From: a virus
Lineage: Duplodnaviria; Heunggongvirae; Uroviricota; Caudoviricetes
IMG/VR virus record: IMGVR_UViG_3300037418_003161
Coordinates: 172,420 to 236,419 of that record
Length of the DNA stretch: 64,000 nt
Strand: one strand, 5' to 3'
The notes beneath the pieces are model-generated. The model saw nothing but the letters and a program-made list of their open reading frames with translations. It ran no database searches and was not told the origin of the DNA. Numbering within the stretch: position 1 is the first letter of the stretch; each line of letters begins with the position of its first letter. The translations under genes and the position numbers were made by a program. Shown piece after piece: positions 19,602 to 29,081 of this stretch.

Positions 19602-20690
19602 TTATTTCTTTTCATTTCGAATCCCGGCTTTTGGTTTAGGATTGCTTCCGGGCTGAGGACGAAATGGAGTTTTGGGCTTAGACGGCTTTATGTCAGGCCG
19701 GGTGGTTGGTTTGGTTGTGGGTTTGGTAGGGGCAATGGCCGGGTCAGCACTATCCTGAAACTCTTTGTGTTTTCCAAAGATTTTGTCAAAAGTCATAAAG
19801 TCCGGCAGACCCTCAACACCCGCTTTTGGTTTAGGATTGCTTCCGGGCTGAGGACGAAATGGAGTTTTGGGCTTAATTGGAGCAGTATGTGGTTTGGTTT
19901 CAGGCCGTGTTTGAGGTTTGGTTGGCGCAGTGGTTGGGGCTGCGACTTGTTCTCCAAGCTTGATGCGAATCATTTCCATGATATCTTTCTTTTTTGCTAA
20001 TGATAAGAAATTATTTTCAGAAAGTCCAGTGCCCTTCTTTTTTGTCTTATCTTTGTTTTTGCAAATATCGCACTTTCCACACGTACAACCAAGTTTTTCT
20101 GCCAATTCTTTTTCATTTTTAAAAACGGGCTTGTGGAACTTACCAATGTTGCTTTCATAGACCTTATCATTGGCTTTTTTCTTGGCTTCCCGCTCTTTTT
20201 TACGGTCTTCATCAGACATCCAGTGGTCGGTATATTTGGCCGTTTGAGCGGCTTTGAATTTATTGAAGGAAGATTTTACCATCTTGTGCTTTTGAGTCAC
20301 GTTCTTGGTATCCCACCCTTCTTTGGTCTCTTCCTTTTTCTTTTTTTCTACTTCTAAACCACGTTTTTGAGCATCGGGTGTATTCCTCGGAGGCTGTCCC
20401 CCGCCAATGATTTTGGCATCGGGATTGGATTTCTTTTTTTTCTTTTTAAAAATCTCACTCATCTCCTGCTCTTTCTCCTGTTGGTCTTCCCCCTTGATTT
20501 CAATGGAATCCTTATCCGGGTCAATGTCTTTTTTTACGTCCTTCAGTTGGTCGGGGTCGTTGATAACCACATTGGTTTCAGTAACCATTTTTTGATAGAG
20601 GGAAGATAGCTGCCTGTCATTCAAAACCGATAGGGTTTTCACCGAAAACCCCTCTTTCATTAGTCCCTCAATTAGACTTTTTCTATTCAT
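19602..20690 (-). CDS. Lys/Pro-rich basic protein with an internal duplicated segment and a CxxC...CxxC motif
   Basis: 362 aa. Peptide KPKTPFRPQPGSNPKPKAG occurs twice, encoded by a ~56 bp direct repeat (19624-19680 and 19820-19875). CTCGKCDICK cluster present. Confidence 0.5.
   Translation of the reverse strand: MNRKSLIEGLMKEGFSVKTLSVLNDRQLSSLYQKMVTETNVVINDPDQLKDVKKDIDPDKDSIEIKGEDQQEKEQEMSEIFKKKKKKSNPDAKIIGGGQPPRNTPDAQKRGLEVEKKKKEETKEGWDTKNVTQKHKMVKSSFNKFKAAQTAKYTDHWMSDEDRKKEREAKKKANDKVYESNIGKFHKPVFKNEKELAEKLGCTCGKCDICKNKDKTKKKGTGLSENNFLSLAKKKDIMEMIRIKLGEQVAAPTTAPTKPQTRPETKPHTAPIKPKTPFRPQPGSNPKPKAGVEGLPDFMTFDKIFGKHKEFQDSADPAIAPTKPTTKPTTRPDIKPSKPKTPFRPQPGSNPKPKAGIRNEKK
19624..19875. repeat. 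Two near-identical ~56 bp direct repeats inside the Lys/Pro-rich protein gene
   Basis: ccg(g)cttttggtttaggattgcttccgggctgaggacgaaatggagttttgggctta at 19624-19680 and 19820-19875. Confidence 0.8.
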
Positions 20691-21079
20691 TTTATGTTAG
20701 TCATTTTTATTTTTAAATCTCGTTCGCCAAGTTTGGTTTTGACCTCTTCTAAGGTTTCTCCATACTTAAACACTAAGCGTTTATTGGTGTCACTATCACC
20801 GCTTTCGTAACTTTCCCAACCAAGGGCAATCACACCATCAACAGCATCTAAAACAGAAAAGTAGTCGGAGTTTTGTACCAGTTCCAATTTTAGTTCTGTG
20901 TCACAAAGTGTTCCAACTACTTTTATAAATCTCATTTCCGGGGGAGTGGGTCTGCCGCTTGCAGGGGTCAAGTCCCAATCCTCACCAACCACATCGGTTA
21001 CTGTATCATTAAAAATGAATTCATATATTCTTTCATTCTTATAATCCGGGCCGAGTTCATTAACGTAAATCAGTTTCAT
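20687..21079 (-). CDS. Hypothetical protein
   Basis: 130 aa; 4-nt overlap with the downstream gene. Confidence 0.45.
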   Translation of the reverse strand: MKLIYVNELGPDYKNERIYEFIFNDTVTDVVGEDWDLTPASGRPTPPEMRFIKVVGTLCDTELKLELVQNSDYFSVLDAVDGVIALGWESYESGDSDTNKRLVFKYGETLEEVKTKLGERDLKIKMTNIK

Positions 21080-22149
21080 TATCCTTTAAGAATTCTTTGA
21101 AGACGTTGAAAATTTTCATAAATGTCATCATAGTCTTCAGTTTCTTTCTTCTTCTCATTGCCTTCTTCTTTCTTTTTCTTCCTATTAGGAACATCCCAAT
21201 CGGTATCAATTTCTTCATCACCACTTGGCTCTATATCATCATCAAAATCGAAGTAGAAACCTTCACCCATTTCTTGGTCGTCATCAGAAGGTGGTGGCAC
21301 ATCTTCATCATCACTACCATAATCCTCATCACCACCTTCGGTGTCGGCAGGAACGTCTTCGTCGTCACCACCTACATCACCAAAATCTCCGGTATCGTCC
21401 ACGGAATCCAACGGCTCTGAATTGTCGTATTCAGAATCTTCGAAACGGGAAGCAATTTCTTCCTTATCTGAATCATCCAGTTTGGACAAATCAATGGCAG
21501 AAAGAATTGAGTTAATAACATATTTGTAATCATCACTCTTCAGTTCATCTTCATGTTGACGCAACCGTTGACCCAACTTGCCAGTTAATTTTTGAATGGC
21601 TTTCATATGTTCAGGAGCATCAGGATTAACACCCTGTACGTCTTCACCACCCTCATCGCCTACAGGGGGTGCATCGTCCGTTGGAGCAGCATCATCATCT
21701 GCGGGAACATCGCTATCCACATCGTCATCCGAAGGGGCAGCATCAGCAGCCGGGGGCGCATCATTCATGGAAGGAGCGGCATCCGGGTCTTCATCAACAG
21801 AAGGTTTATCTAAAACAAATTTCTTCTCCTGCTCATTCAAGGGTTTGGCAATAAGTTCCATGCGCTTGTAGGCTTCAGCATAAGAGTTGAAACGGTTTTT
21901 ATTTTTCATTTTCAGGCCCCCGATATAATCAAGGGTATTTTCTGTTAGTCCGAACTTAACATAGTAACCATCTTTTTCCTTAACCACACCATAGAACCCA
22001 TCTACGGATTCTTTCACCAAGTGGGTTGTATTGGTTGTATTGGTTGTTTGTTTTTTTGGTGCTTCGTTGTAACGAGCAATTTCCATTATTCTTCTAATTT
22101 TGTCGTCTAATGGTAATTTTTCGCTACCAAGTGGTCTTAAGTCTGCCAT
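21079..22149 (-). CDS. Highly acidic low-complexity protein
   Basis: 356 aa, long D/E/P/A-rich stretches; ATGA overlap with the next gene. Confidence 0.5.
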   Translation of the reverse strand: MADLRPLGSEKLPLDDKIRRIMEIARYNEAPKKQTTNTTNTTHLVKESVDGFYGVVKEKDGYYVKFGLTENTLDYIGGLKMKNKNRFNSYAEAYKRMELIAKPLNEQEKKFVLDKPSVDEDPDAAPSMNDAPPAADAAPSDDDVDSDVPADDDAAPTDDAPPVGDEGGEDVQGVNPDAPEHMKAIQKLTGKLGQRLRQHEDELKSDDYKYVINSILSAIDLSKLDDSDKEEIASRFEDSEYDNSEPLDSVDDTGDFGDVGGDDEDVPADTEGGDEDYGSDDEDVPPPSDDDQEMGEGFYFDFDDDIEPSGDEEIDTDWDVPNRKKKKEEGNEKKKETEDYDDIYENFQRLQRILKG

Positions 22150-22179
22150 AATTATAAGTTATTTTCCTATAAATATTTG

Positions 22180-22920
22180 CTATTGTTCCAAAGACAATTG
22201 CTTATCAAGAATTTCGTTCTTTAAATCCAATAGCTTTTTTATGTATTCGTTTCTGCGTAAATACTTAAAGACCAAGTTTTCGTAGGAAAATTCCCCACCT
22301 TCGTCCAATCCGCATTGCCGAAACTTCTTGAGGCGTTCCCGCACTCTTTCCACTCTTGCCAAAATCCCCTCATCGTTTTTGTGTTTAATGAGTTCATCAA
22401 TTACATCCATCCACGAATCCACCTTGTCTTTGATTTGCTTTTTATCGATTTTTACCCGGTGTTTTTCCGGCTCAATAATCCACTTGTTGTTGAGAACTGA
22501 ATAGACCCCGGAAGAATCGTGTTTCTCATGTATGTCCTGTACATAGATTTCACAATCATACCCTTTGATTTTAATGGCATGTTGGGAATTCCATATCACC
22601 TTTTTGGCATCAAAGAATTCTTTTAAAAGAGTTAGGTCGTGTTTGGATTCAGCAAAATCGATTACCACATGCAAGTCCACATCCGAGTACTTTGACCAGT
22701 TGTAATTGGCAAGACTGCCAGTTAGGATAATGTCGTGGATAAAAAATTTCACTCCCATGAATTCAATGAACTTATCGGCCACATGCAGCAGGGCGTTGCG
22801 AACATCTTTTTTGAGAACGTGGGTATCTCCCTCGGTATCAAAGATTTCGGGGTTCATTTCACTTTTTACCTTGAAGGAATCCAAAATGGTATCTTCATTA
22901 ATCTGTTGGAGTGTTATCAT
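22180..22920 (-). CDS. Nucleotidyltransferase-fold protein (pol-beta superfamily, KNTase-like size)
   Basis: 246 aa. LTGSLANYNWSKYSDVDLHVVIDF matches the minimal NTase signature hG[GS]-x(9-13)-DhD; a later acidic residue sits in KGYDCEIYVQD. Confidence 0.55.
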   Translation of the reverse strand: MITLQQINEDTILDSFKVKSEMNPEIFDTEGDTHVLKKDVRNALLHVADKFIEFMGVKFFIHDIILTGSLANYNWSKYSDVDLHVVIDFAESKHDLTLLKEFFDAKKVIWNSQHAIKIKGYDCEIYVQDIHEKHDSSGVYSVLNNKWIIEPEKHRVKIDKKQIKDKVDSWMDVIDELIKHKNDEGILARVERVRERLKKFRQCGLDEGGEFSYENLVFKYLRRNEYIKKLLDLKNEILDKQLSLEQ

Positions 22921-23167
22921 CTTGCTCTTTGATTTCTTTAAAAGAATATTTTTTTATTATCTCAGACGAGAAATACTTTCCTTGGGATTCTGCCATTCTG
23001 AATTTGGTAAAAATCTCCCACGGAACATCCACGTATTCGTATTTGCGGTTGTTCTTAAATGTCACCGTTAACGCCTTGGACATGGTATCGTAAGACGCTT
23101 CTTTCAGATTGGAGGATTCCACAATTACAGAAATAACTGTTCCAACAATTTTTTCAGAAATTATCAT
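22898..23167 (-). CDS. Hypothetical protein
   Basis: 89 aa ORF. Confidence 0.35.
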   Translation of the reverse strand: MIISEKIVGTVISVIVESSNLKEASYDTMSKALTVTFKNNRKYEYVDVPWEIFTKFRMAESQGKYFSSEIIKKYSFKEIKEQDDNTPTD

Positions 23168-23344
23168 ATCAATAAATATTGATAGGACTTGACTTTGTAA
23201 AAAATTTTTTATATAGTTATATATAACCCTATGAATTATATAATACTAATACTATTAATAATCATCTGTATAAGATTAAATTATATTAAAGGGAAGAATA
23301 AATATTAATTGGTTAAACCTAATACTTTATTTATCTTTGTTTTT

Positions 23345-23611
23345 ATGAAAAAGAATAAGATTAAAATTAGCAATACACAAAAAGAAATTATTACTCTTAT
23401 GCGGGAAGGATGGGAGATGGCTAAGTCAAATACTATGAATGCCCGTTCATGGATACAAAAAAATGGTATTGGAAAAGGAGGAGAAACTAAAAATTTAACT
23501 GTAAGTACTTTTATCTCCTTGTGTGAAAAAGGAATTATTGAACAAAAAGAATATGGATTTCCATCTTCGACATTTAAATTAACTGAATTGGGTATGACAA
23601 TTGAGTTGTAA
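23345..23611 (+). CDS. Hypothetical protein
   Basis: ATG at 23345 directly follows the conserved promoter motif (TTATTTATCTTTGTTTTT); ORF-track start at 23309 is upstream inside the motif. Followed by terminator 23639-23664. Confidence 0.4.
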   Translation: MKKNKIKISNTQKEIITLMREGWEMAKSNTMNARSWIQKNGIGKGGETKNLTVSTFISLCEKGIIEQKEYGFPSSTFKLTELGMTIEL

Positions 23612-23638
23612 ATAATTGTTGGACGCTTATATATTGAA

Positions 23639-23664
23639 AAACCCCGGAACGTTCCGGGGTTTTG
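23639..23664. terminator. Terminator of the same family
   Basis: AAACCCCGGAACGTTCCGGGGTTTTG between convergent genes. Confidence 0.6.
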
Positions 23665-23665
23665 C

Positions 23666-24058
23666 TTATTTAATGATGATTTTGTTTCTTTTCTCTTTGA
23701 GTGGGACATCAATGAAAAGAATTCCATTTCTCAATTCTGCTTCAATGTTTTCTGTATCAATATCTCCCCCCACCAAAATACTTTTACTAAGACTTTTATG
23801 GATAAGACCATCAAAGGTGTTGCCGTCTGTTTTTTCACCCCGTATGGTGATGTATGAACCTTCTGATAGGATGGTCAATTCATTTTTTTCAAAGCCAACG
23901 GCAAGTACCTGTAACTGGTAGCCATTATCTCTTTTTTCAAGGTTGTAATCTTTTGCTTGTGTCAGGGGCTTCAGGAGTTCAGTTCCCCAATGGTTCCAAT
24001 CGTTGTTGATGCATTTGTTGATGTACCCAAACGTGTTGTCAAAATTGCTAATTTTCAT
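23666..24058 (-). CDS. Small heat-shock protein (Hsp20/alpha-crystallin family)
   Basis: 130 aa. LAVGFEKNELTI...ITIRGEK...NGILFIDVPLKEK resembles the alpha-crystallin domain and the conserved GILTI.LPK-type C-terminal strand. Confidence 0.72.
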   Translation of the reverse strand: MKISNFDNTFGYINKCINNDWNHWGTELLKPLTQAKDYNLEKRDNGYQLQVLAVGFEKNELTILSEGSYITIRGEKTDGNTFDGLIHKSLSKSILVGGDIDTENIEAELRNGILFIDVPLKEKRNKIIIK

Positions 24059-24199
24059 AGGATATAAATTGTTTTAACTTTGTTTTACAAATTAAATACC
24101 ACAGCAAGATATTCCGACAAATTGTCATTGTAAATAAAATTTTGTCATGGGTGTTGACTTCAAGAATTTTTTTTCTTATTGTTTTGAAAACTTCACCTT

Positions 24200-26227
24200 A
24201 TGCCCGAATTTGATTTTGAAGACAAAGGGGATTCAAAAGGCCCTCAGAAAACTAAAGTAAAAAATTCTCCCACTCCCGTATTGGACAATTTCTCAAGGGA
24301 TTTAATCCGTTTGGCTGAACAAGGGAAATTAGACCCGGTAATTGGTCGGGATAAAGAAATTAACCGTATTGCCCAAATTCTTTCTCGAAGAAAAAAAAAC
24401 AATCCTATTATTTTGGGAGACCCCGGCATTGGAAAAACCGCAATTGTAGAAGGTTTGGCGATGAAAATCTTCCAAGGGGATTGTCCCAAAAATCTGCTGG
24501 AAAAACGCATTGTGGCTCTTGACCTGACAGCGGTGGTGGCCGGGACAAAATACCGGGGCCAGTTCGAAGAACGCATGAAAGCCATTTTGCAGGAACTCAA
24601 TGAAGTGGACAATGTGATTGTCTTCATTGATGAAATCCACACCATTTTGGGTACGGGTAACGCCTCCGGTTCATTGGACGCTTCCAATATCATGAAACCC
24701 GCATTGGCAAGGGGAGAAATCCAATGCATCGGTGCAACCACCTTGGATGAATATAGAGAAAATATTGAAAAGGATGGGGCTTTGGAAAGACGTTTTTTAA
24801 AGGTCATGGTAGATGCCCCAAGCAAGGAAGAAACGCTTCAGATTCTTCACATGCTGAAGGATAAGTATGAAAACTTCCACAAGGTTAGCTATACCGATGA
24901 AGCCCTGCAAGCCACGGTGGTATTGGCCGACCGCTACATCACCGATAAGGAGTTCCCGGACAAGGCATTTGACATCATTGATGAAGTGGGGGCGAAAAAA
25001 CAAATCAACACCAAATTTCCCAAAGAAATTGAAGACCTGAAAATGGAACTTCAGGAAATCAAGGATAGGAAGTTGGAGGTGGTGAAAAGCCAGAAATATG
25101 AAGAAGCGGCCCAACTGCGTGACCAAGAAAAGAAGGTTAAAGAGCGGCTGCAAGCTGAAAAAGACCGTTGGGAAAATGAACAAAAAGCCAACCGTTTACC
25201 TGTAACAGAAGATGACATTTACACCATTATTTCAGAAATTACCAAAATCCCGGTAGCCCGGATGAACAAGGATGAACAAAAATCCCTGCTACACTTGGAA
25301 GGTGATATGAAGGCTGAAGTAATTGGACAGGACGAGGCGGTGAATAAAATTGCCAAAGCCATCCGCAGAAACCGGGTGGGTATCAAAGACCATAACCGAC
25401 CCATTGGCTCGTTCATCTTTTTGGGGTCAACGGGGGTTGGTAAAACCCATATTGCCCGGACTCTCGCCAAGCTGAATTTTGGGTCGCCCGATGCCATGAT
25501 TCGGGTGGACATGAGTGAATACATGGAGAAACATGCGGTCTCCAAAATGATTGGTTCACCACCCGGTTATGTGGGTCACGATGAAGGTGGTCAGTTAACC
25601 GAACAAGTTAAAAACAAGCCCTATTCGGTTATCCTATTTGATGAGATTGAAAAAGCCCACCGGGACACTTTCAACATTCTGTTGCAAGTTCTGGACGAAG
25701 GTCATCTGACGGATTCCAGAGGGCGCAAGGTGAATTTTAAAAACACCATCATCATCATGACTTCCAATGTGGGAGCAAGAAAGGTGGAAGACTTTGGTAA
25801 CGGCATCGGATTTCAAAGCCAAGCCAAATTGGGACAGAGCAAGGAAATTGCCAAAACCATCATCAACAAGGAACTGAAAAATAAATTCGCCCCTGAATTT
25901 TTGAACCGGGTGGACGACATTGTGATGTTCAATTCTCTTTCTGAAGATAACATTAAGCAGATTGTAACCATTGAACTCAATAAGCTGAACAAACGCCTTA
26001 AAGAGAAGAATTACAACATCCATATGGATGATTCCGTGACAACCTATATTGCCAAAAATGGGTATGATGCCAAGTTTGGCGCACGTCCCATCAAACGTGC
26101 CATTCAGGATACCATTGAAGATTATTTGTCAGAAGAAATTCTAAAGGACAATATTAAAGAAGGTGTTGGGTACAACCTATCCATATCCGTAGAAGGTGAA
26201 GTAAAAATCAAAAAAGCCGGGAAATAA
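24200..26227 (+). CDS. ClpB/ClpC-like AAA+ chaperone ATPase lacking the N-terminal domain
   Basis: 675 aa. NBD1 Walker A GDPGIGKTAIVEGLA, Walker B VIVFIDEIH. Coiled-coil middle region (KEIEDLKMELQEIKDRK...QLRDQEKKVKERLQ). NBD2 Walker A LGSTGVGKTHIARTLA, Walker B ILFDEIEKAH, sensor TIIIMTSN, and the Clp C-terminal ARPIKRAIQ motif. The protein starts directly at QGKLDPVIGRDKEI (start of NBD1). Confidence 0.9.
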   Translation: MPEFDFEDKGDSKGPQKTKVKNSPTPVLDNFSRDLIRLAEQGKLDPVIGRDKEINRIAQILSRRKKNNPIILGDPGIGKTAIVEGLAMKIFQGDCPKNLLEKRIVALDLTAVVAGTKYRGQFEERMKAILQELNEVDNVIVFIDEIHTILGTGNASGSLDASNIMKPALARGEIQCIGATTLDEYRENIEKDGALERRFLKVMVDAPSKEETLQILHMLKDKYENFHKVSYTDEALQATVVLADRYITDKEFPDKAFDIIDEVGAKKQINTKFPKEIEDLKMELQEIKDRKLEVVKSQKYEEAAQLRDQEKKVKERLQAEKDRWENEQKANRLPVTEDDIYTIISEITKIPVARMNKDEQKSLLHLEGDMKAEVIGQDEAVNKIAKAIRRNRVGIKDHNRPIGSFIFLGSTGVGKTHIARTLAKLNFGSPDAMIRVDMSEYMEKHAVSKMIGSPPGYVGHDEGGQLTEQVKNKPYSVILFDEIEKAHRDTFNILLQVLDEGHLTDSRGRKVNFKNTIIIMTSNVGARKVEDFGNGIGFQSQAKLGQSKEIAKTIINKELKNKFAPEFLNRVDDIVMFNSLSEDNIKQIVTIELNKLNKRLKEKNYNIHMDDSVTTYIAKNGYDAKFGARPIKRAIQDTIEDYLSEEILKDNIKEGVGYNLSISVEGEVKIKKAGK

Positions 26228-26241
26228 CCCGGCTTTTTTTA
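26216..26241. terminator. Terminator hairpin after the ClpB-like gene
   Basis: AGCCGGG-AAATAA-CCCGGCT then T7. Confidence 0.6.
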
Positions 26242-26505
26242 ATTGATTAACCAATTCTCCATTTCAGTTGGATTGAAATAGTCCGGTTTTTGTAGTTTGT
26301 GTTTGTCACGGTTGGTAAAATAAGGGAGATTTTCACTATTCAGAAACGCCTTGATGGTATCCACACTTCGATTCAACTCTCTTTGCATTTGTTCAAGGGT
26401 GGCTGATTTGTGCATGTCCCTCATTTTTTGTTTTTCGGATTGGGAAAGTTTAGAAAGGTCAGCAGCATTGCCTTTCTTGGGTTGCGGTTTACACTGTGTT
26501 TCCAT
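26239..26505 (-). CDS. Hypothetical protein
   Basis: 88 aa ORF. Confidence 0.4.
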   Translation of the reverse strand: METQCKPQPKKGNAADLSKLSQSEKQKMRDMHKSATLEQMQRELNRSVDTIKAFLNSENLPYFTNRDKHKLQKPDYFNPTEMENWLIN

Positions 26506-26517
26506 GTATAATTGAAT

Positions 26518-27579
26518 TTAATTAAGGAACAGACTAGGGTCTCCATCCTCCGCATCAATTTCCTCATCAATCATCCGTTGGAGTTCGGGTGGGAGTTTAC
26601 CGTATTTTTCCCGGATGTACTCTCGCATTTCTTTTTTCCATTTCTGACTATTCTTTTGCCATTCTTTTCTTCGCTTTTCTTCTTCGGCCACATAATCGAA
26701 GAAGTAGTCATACTTCTGATATCCCAAATTATTAATAAGGGCCGTACCAACAGTAACGGTGTTTTCCACATCTTCTACATCCACGTATTCGGTATCTGAA
26801 TGCATGTTGTAGTACCCACAGGAAAGATTCAAACAGGCATGGTCAAACTTTTTCTTAATTTGACTGATATCAGTATATGGGTGTGATTGGTAGTCGTATT
26901 CACCGAACTGCCCAAGTGTGGCGTCCACGATTTCAAAAAAACGGCTGTTTCTATCGAATAGGCGCACAAAAGAACAGACTTCAGTTACCAAGGCATTGCC
27001 GGGGGCATCAAATTGAATGGTGTAACCCACATTGTTAAAAAAATTGGGGTCGGCTTCTCGGCTACCATGGCAACCAGTTTCCTCGCTGACAAAAAAGGCG
27101 GCTTTCAAATTATCGAAGACTTCCAACAGTCGCAAACAGGTATAGACACCACATTTATCGTCACCCCCGATTCCTGAAGGTCGGCCCCGTTCATCAACAC
27201 CAGTTAAAAACAAGCGGTCTTCCGTATCATTAAAGGGAAGGTGGCCGTAGGTTGGGCCTCTTCTGCCCATTCTTTCCACCACAAACATTGGTTTGATGTT
27301 GTGTACAGTATCGGTATGAGCAATGACGCATGGAAATACCTCAGCTTCTCCCTTGGTCACATATACGTTATTTTTATGGTCGAGGTAGAATGGATAACCC
27401 TTTTCGGTAAAGTAGTTGGTTAAATACTCAACCATCAAACCTTCCCGGTAGGTTTTGGTTTTAACAGATAAAACCTCTTTTAATAAATCTAAATCAGATT
27501 GTAACATACAACAAACATAAAACAAATTTTTGAGATAATCAACTATTAACGTTTTTTGATATAAACCCGCATCCACCAA
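26518..27579 (-). CDS. M42/M20-family metallopeptidase-like protein
   Basis: 353 aa. Metal-ligand-like motifs in the order typical of M20/M42 peptidases: VIAHTDTV, GIGGDDKCGV, VSEETGCHG, YYNMHSDTEY. Confidence 0.55.
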   Translation of the reverse strand: MVDAGLYQKTLIVDYLKNLFYVCCMLQSDLDLLKEVLSVKTKTYREGLMVEYLTNYFTEKGYPFYLDHKNNVYVTKGEAEVFPCVIAHTDTVHNIKPMFVVERMGRRGPTYGHLPFNDTEDRLFLTGVDERGRPSGIGGDDKCGVYTCLRLLEVFDNLKAAFFVSEETGCHGSREADPNFFNNVGYTIQFDAPGNALVTEVCSFVRLFDRNSRFFEIVDATLGQFGEYDYQSHPYTDISQIKKKFDHACLNLSCGYYNMHSDTEYVDVEDVENTVTVGTALINNLGYQKYDYFFDYVAEEEKRRKEWQKNSQKWKKEMREYIREKYGKLPPELQRMIDEEIDAEDGDPSLFLN

Positions 27580-29081
27580 TCATAATCCAAGTCGTTGTTT
27601 TCAACGGGTTCAACCGAATAGTCCAATATCTCACAGAAAAGCATATTCAGGCTTTTCCCCAAACGTTCGTGAATGAATTGCTCAAAGAGTTCTTTGGTGG
27701 GAAGGGCGGCAAATTCCGCTTGGGAGCGCAGAGCGGAAATATCCTTGGGTGTCCATAGCTCGTTGTATTCCACCACCTTTGGACTCCTGCGGTAAGCAAC
27801 CGGGGTTTCCTGAAGCTGCTGCACCTGAACTGCTACCTTACAAGATTTTTCCAGAAACGCTCCTTCCAAAAGGGTTAGGCGCATTCTATCGGGTAAGGGT
27901 AAGGTGTCGCCATAAAGGGCTTCGTTGAGCATTTCTTCTGCATCAAACAGGGTGGGAACGGAGGCAAGGGCCTTCACCCCATCGAGGGACATGTACCCGG
28001 CAACAGATTTGTGTCGATTGATATCCCACAGCCGGACATGAAATTTACCGTTTTCCTTGTCAATATCTGTAATACAGAATTTAAATTTTTTATCCGGGGT
28101 CACGTTGTTATCCACCCATTCCCCAAATTCAACCCCCATCTTCTCCAATTCCTTCACCGCATTGTCCATTGCTGCGGCTCGTTCAGGTTCCTCTTCTTCA
28201 TCCCGAAAAGCACTGAACCGCTCATCGATTATACTAAAGGCAGTTGTTTGAAAGCCTGAATTGTTAAATTCCTCTCGGTCAAAGTGTTCAAATACTCCTT
28301 CTCTGATTTCTCCACCCCAACGTGTGTCTTTAAGCTCGTAGAGGTATTTAAGAAATCCACCAAAGGTGATGTCTTTGGGGAGGTTGTTTGTCCAGATTAA
28401 ATAGACCATATTTCCAAAATCGGTTACTCGAAAACGCTCCATACAGACCCGCACCTCAATCCCGTAATCGCTAAGGTCACAATACTCTTCGGTTATGGCA
28501 TTTCTAAAGCCAGTGTGATAGGCATTATCCATAGCCAAACAGTATTCATTAATAAGGTCTTCAATCATCTTTTTATCATACTTGTTCTTTTTTCTGTCAA
28601 AAAACCCCAACAAGGCTCGAACTTGGGCTTCCTTGGGCTGTCGCTTCACCTTTTGATAACCAAAGAAATTCCGGGCGGCATAATACGCCAAAAGTGCTGC
28701 AAACGCCGTCTCATCCAGAGAGTTGATTATATGACCACTATCCCAATCCTCATCACCATTCTCTCCACTGTAGGCAAAATAATCCCCACCCCAATATGAA
28801 CCTAAACTATGTTCCAAGTCTGAAACGAAATGTTTATCATAGAATTCCTCAATCGCACTAAAGAAGTTTTTGGGTTGGTGGTAGTCAAACTCCATCCAAC
28901 CAATTTCATCTCCCCACGAAGCAACCCCGTAAAAGTATTCGTCCTTGACGGTAAATTCAGACGAGTTCCATTCTCTACGAAGGATTAGGATACAGGCTTC
29001 AAAAAAGGTGAATTCGGTTCTACCCTCTGTATCAATTTTATAGGCTTCAGTAATTGTGCTTTTTTTAATTACAGTACTCAT
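27546..29081 (-). CDS. Hypothetical protein
   Basis: 511 aa ORF, no recognisable motif. Confidence 0.5.
   Translation of the reverse strand: MSTVIKKSTITEAYKIDTEGRTEFTFFEACILILRREWNSSEFTVKDEYFYGVASWGDEIGWMEFDYHQPKNFFSAIEEFYDKHFVSDLEHSLGSYWGGDYFAYSGENGDEDWDSGHIINSLDETAFAALLAYYAARNFFGYQKVKRQPKEAQVRALLGFFDRKKNKYDKKMIEDLINEYCLAMDNAYHTGFRNAITEEYCDLSDYGIEVRVCMERFRVTDFGNMVYLIWTNNLPKDITFGGFLKYLYELKDTRWGGEIREGVFEHFDREEFNNSGFQTTAFSIIDERFSAFRDEEEEPERAAAMDNAVKELEKMGVEFGEWVDNNVTPDKKFKFCITDIDKENGKFHVRLWDINRHKSVAGYMSLDGVKALASVPTLFDAEEMLNEALYGDTLPLPDRMRLTLLEGAFLEKSCKVAVQVQQLQETPVAYRRSPKVVEYNELWTPKDISALRSQAEFAALPTKELFEQFIHERLGKSLNMLFCEILDYSVEPVENNDLDYDWWMRVYIKKR

Noticed and set aside
24244-25545. Several 100-190 aa minus-strand ORFs inside the ClpB-like gene
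   Set aside because: Antisense to a gene with unambiguous Walker motifs; no independent support.
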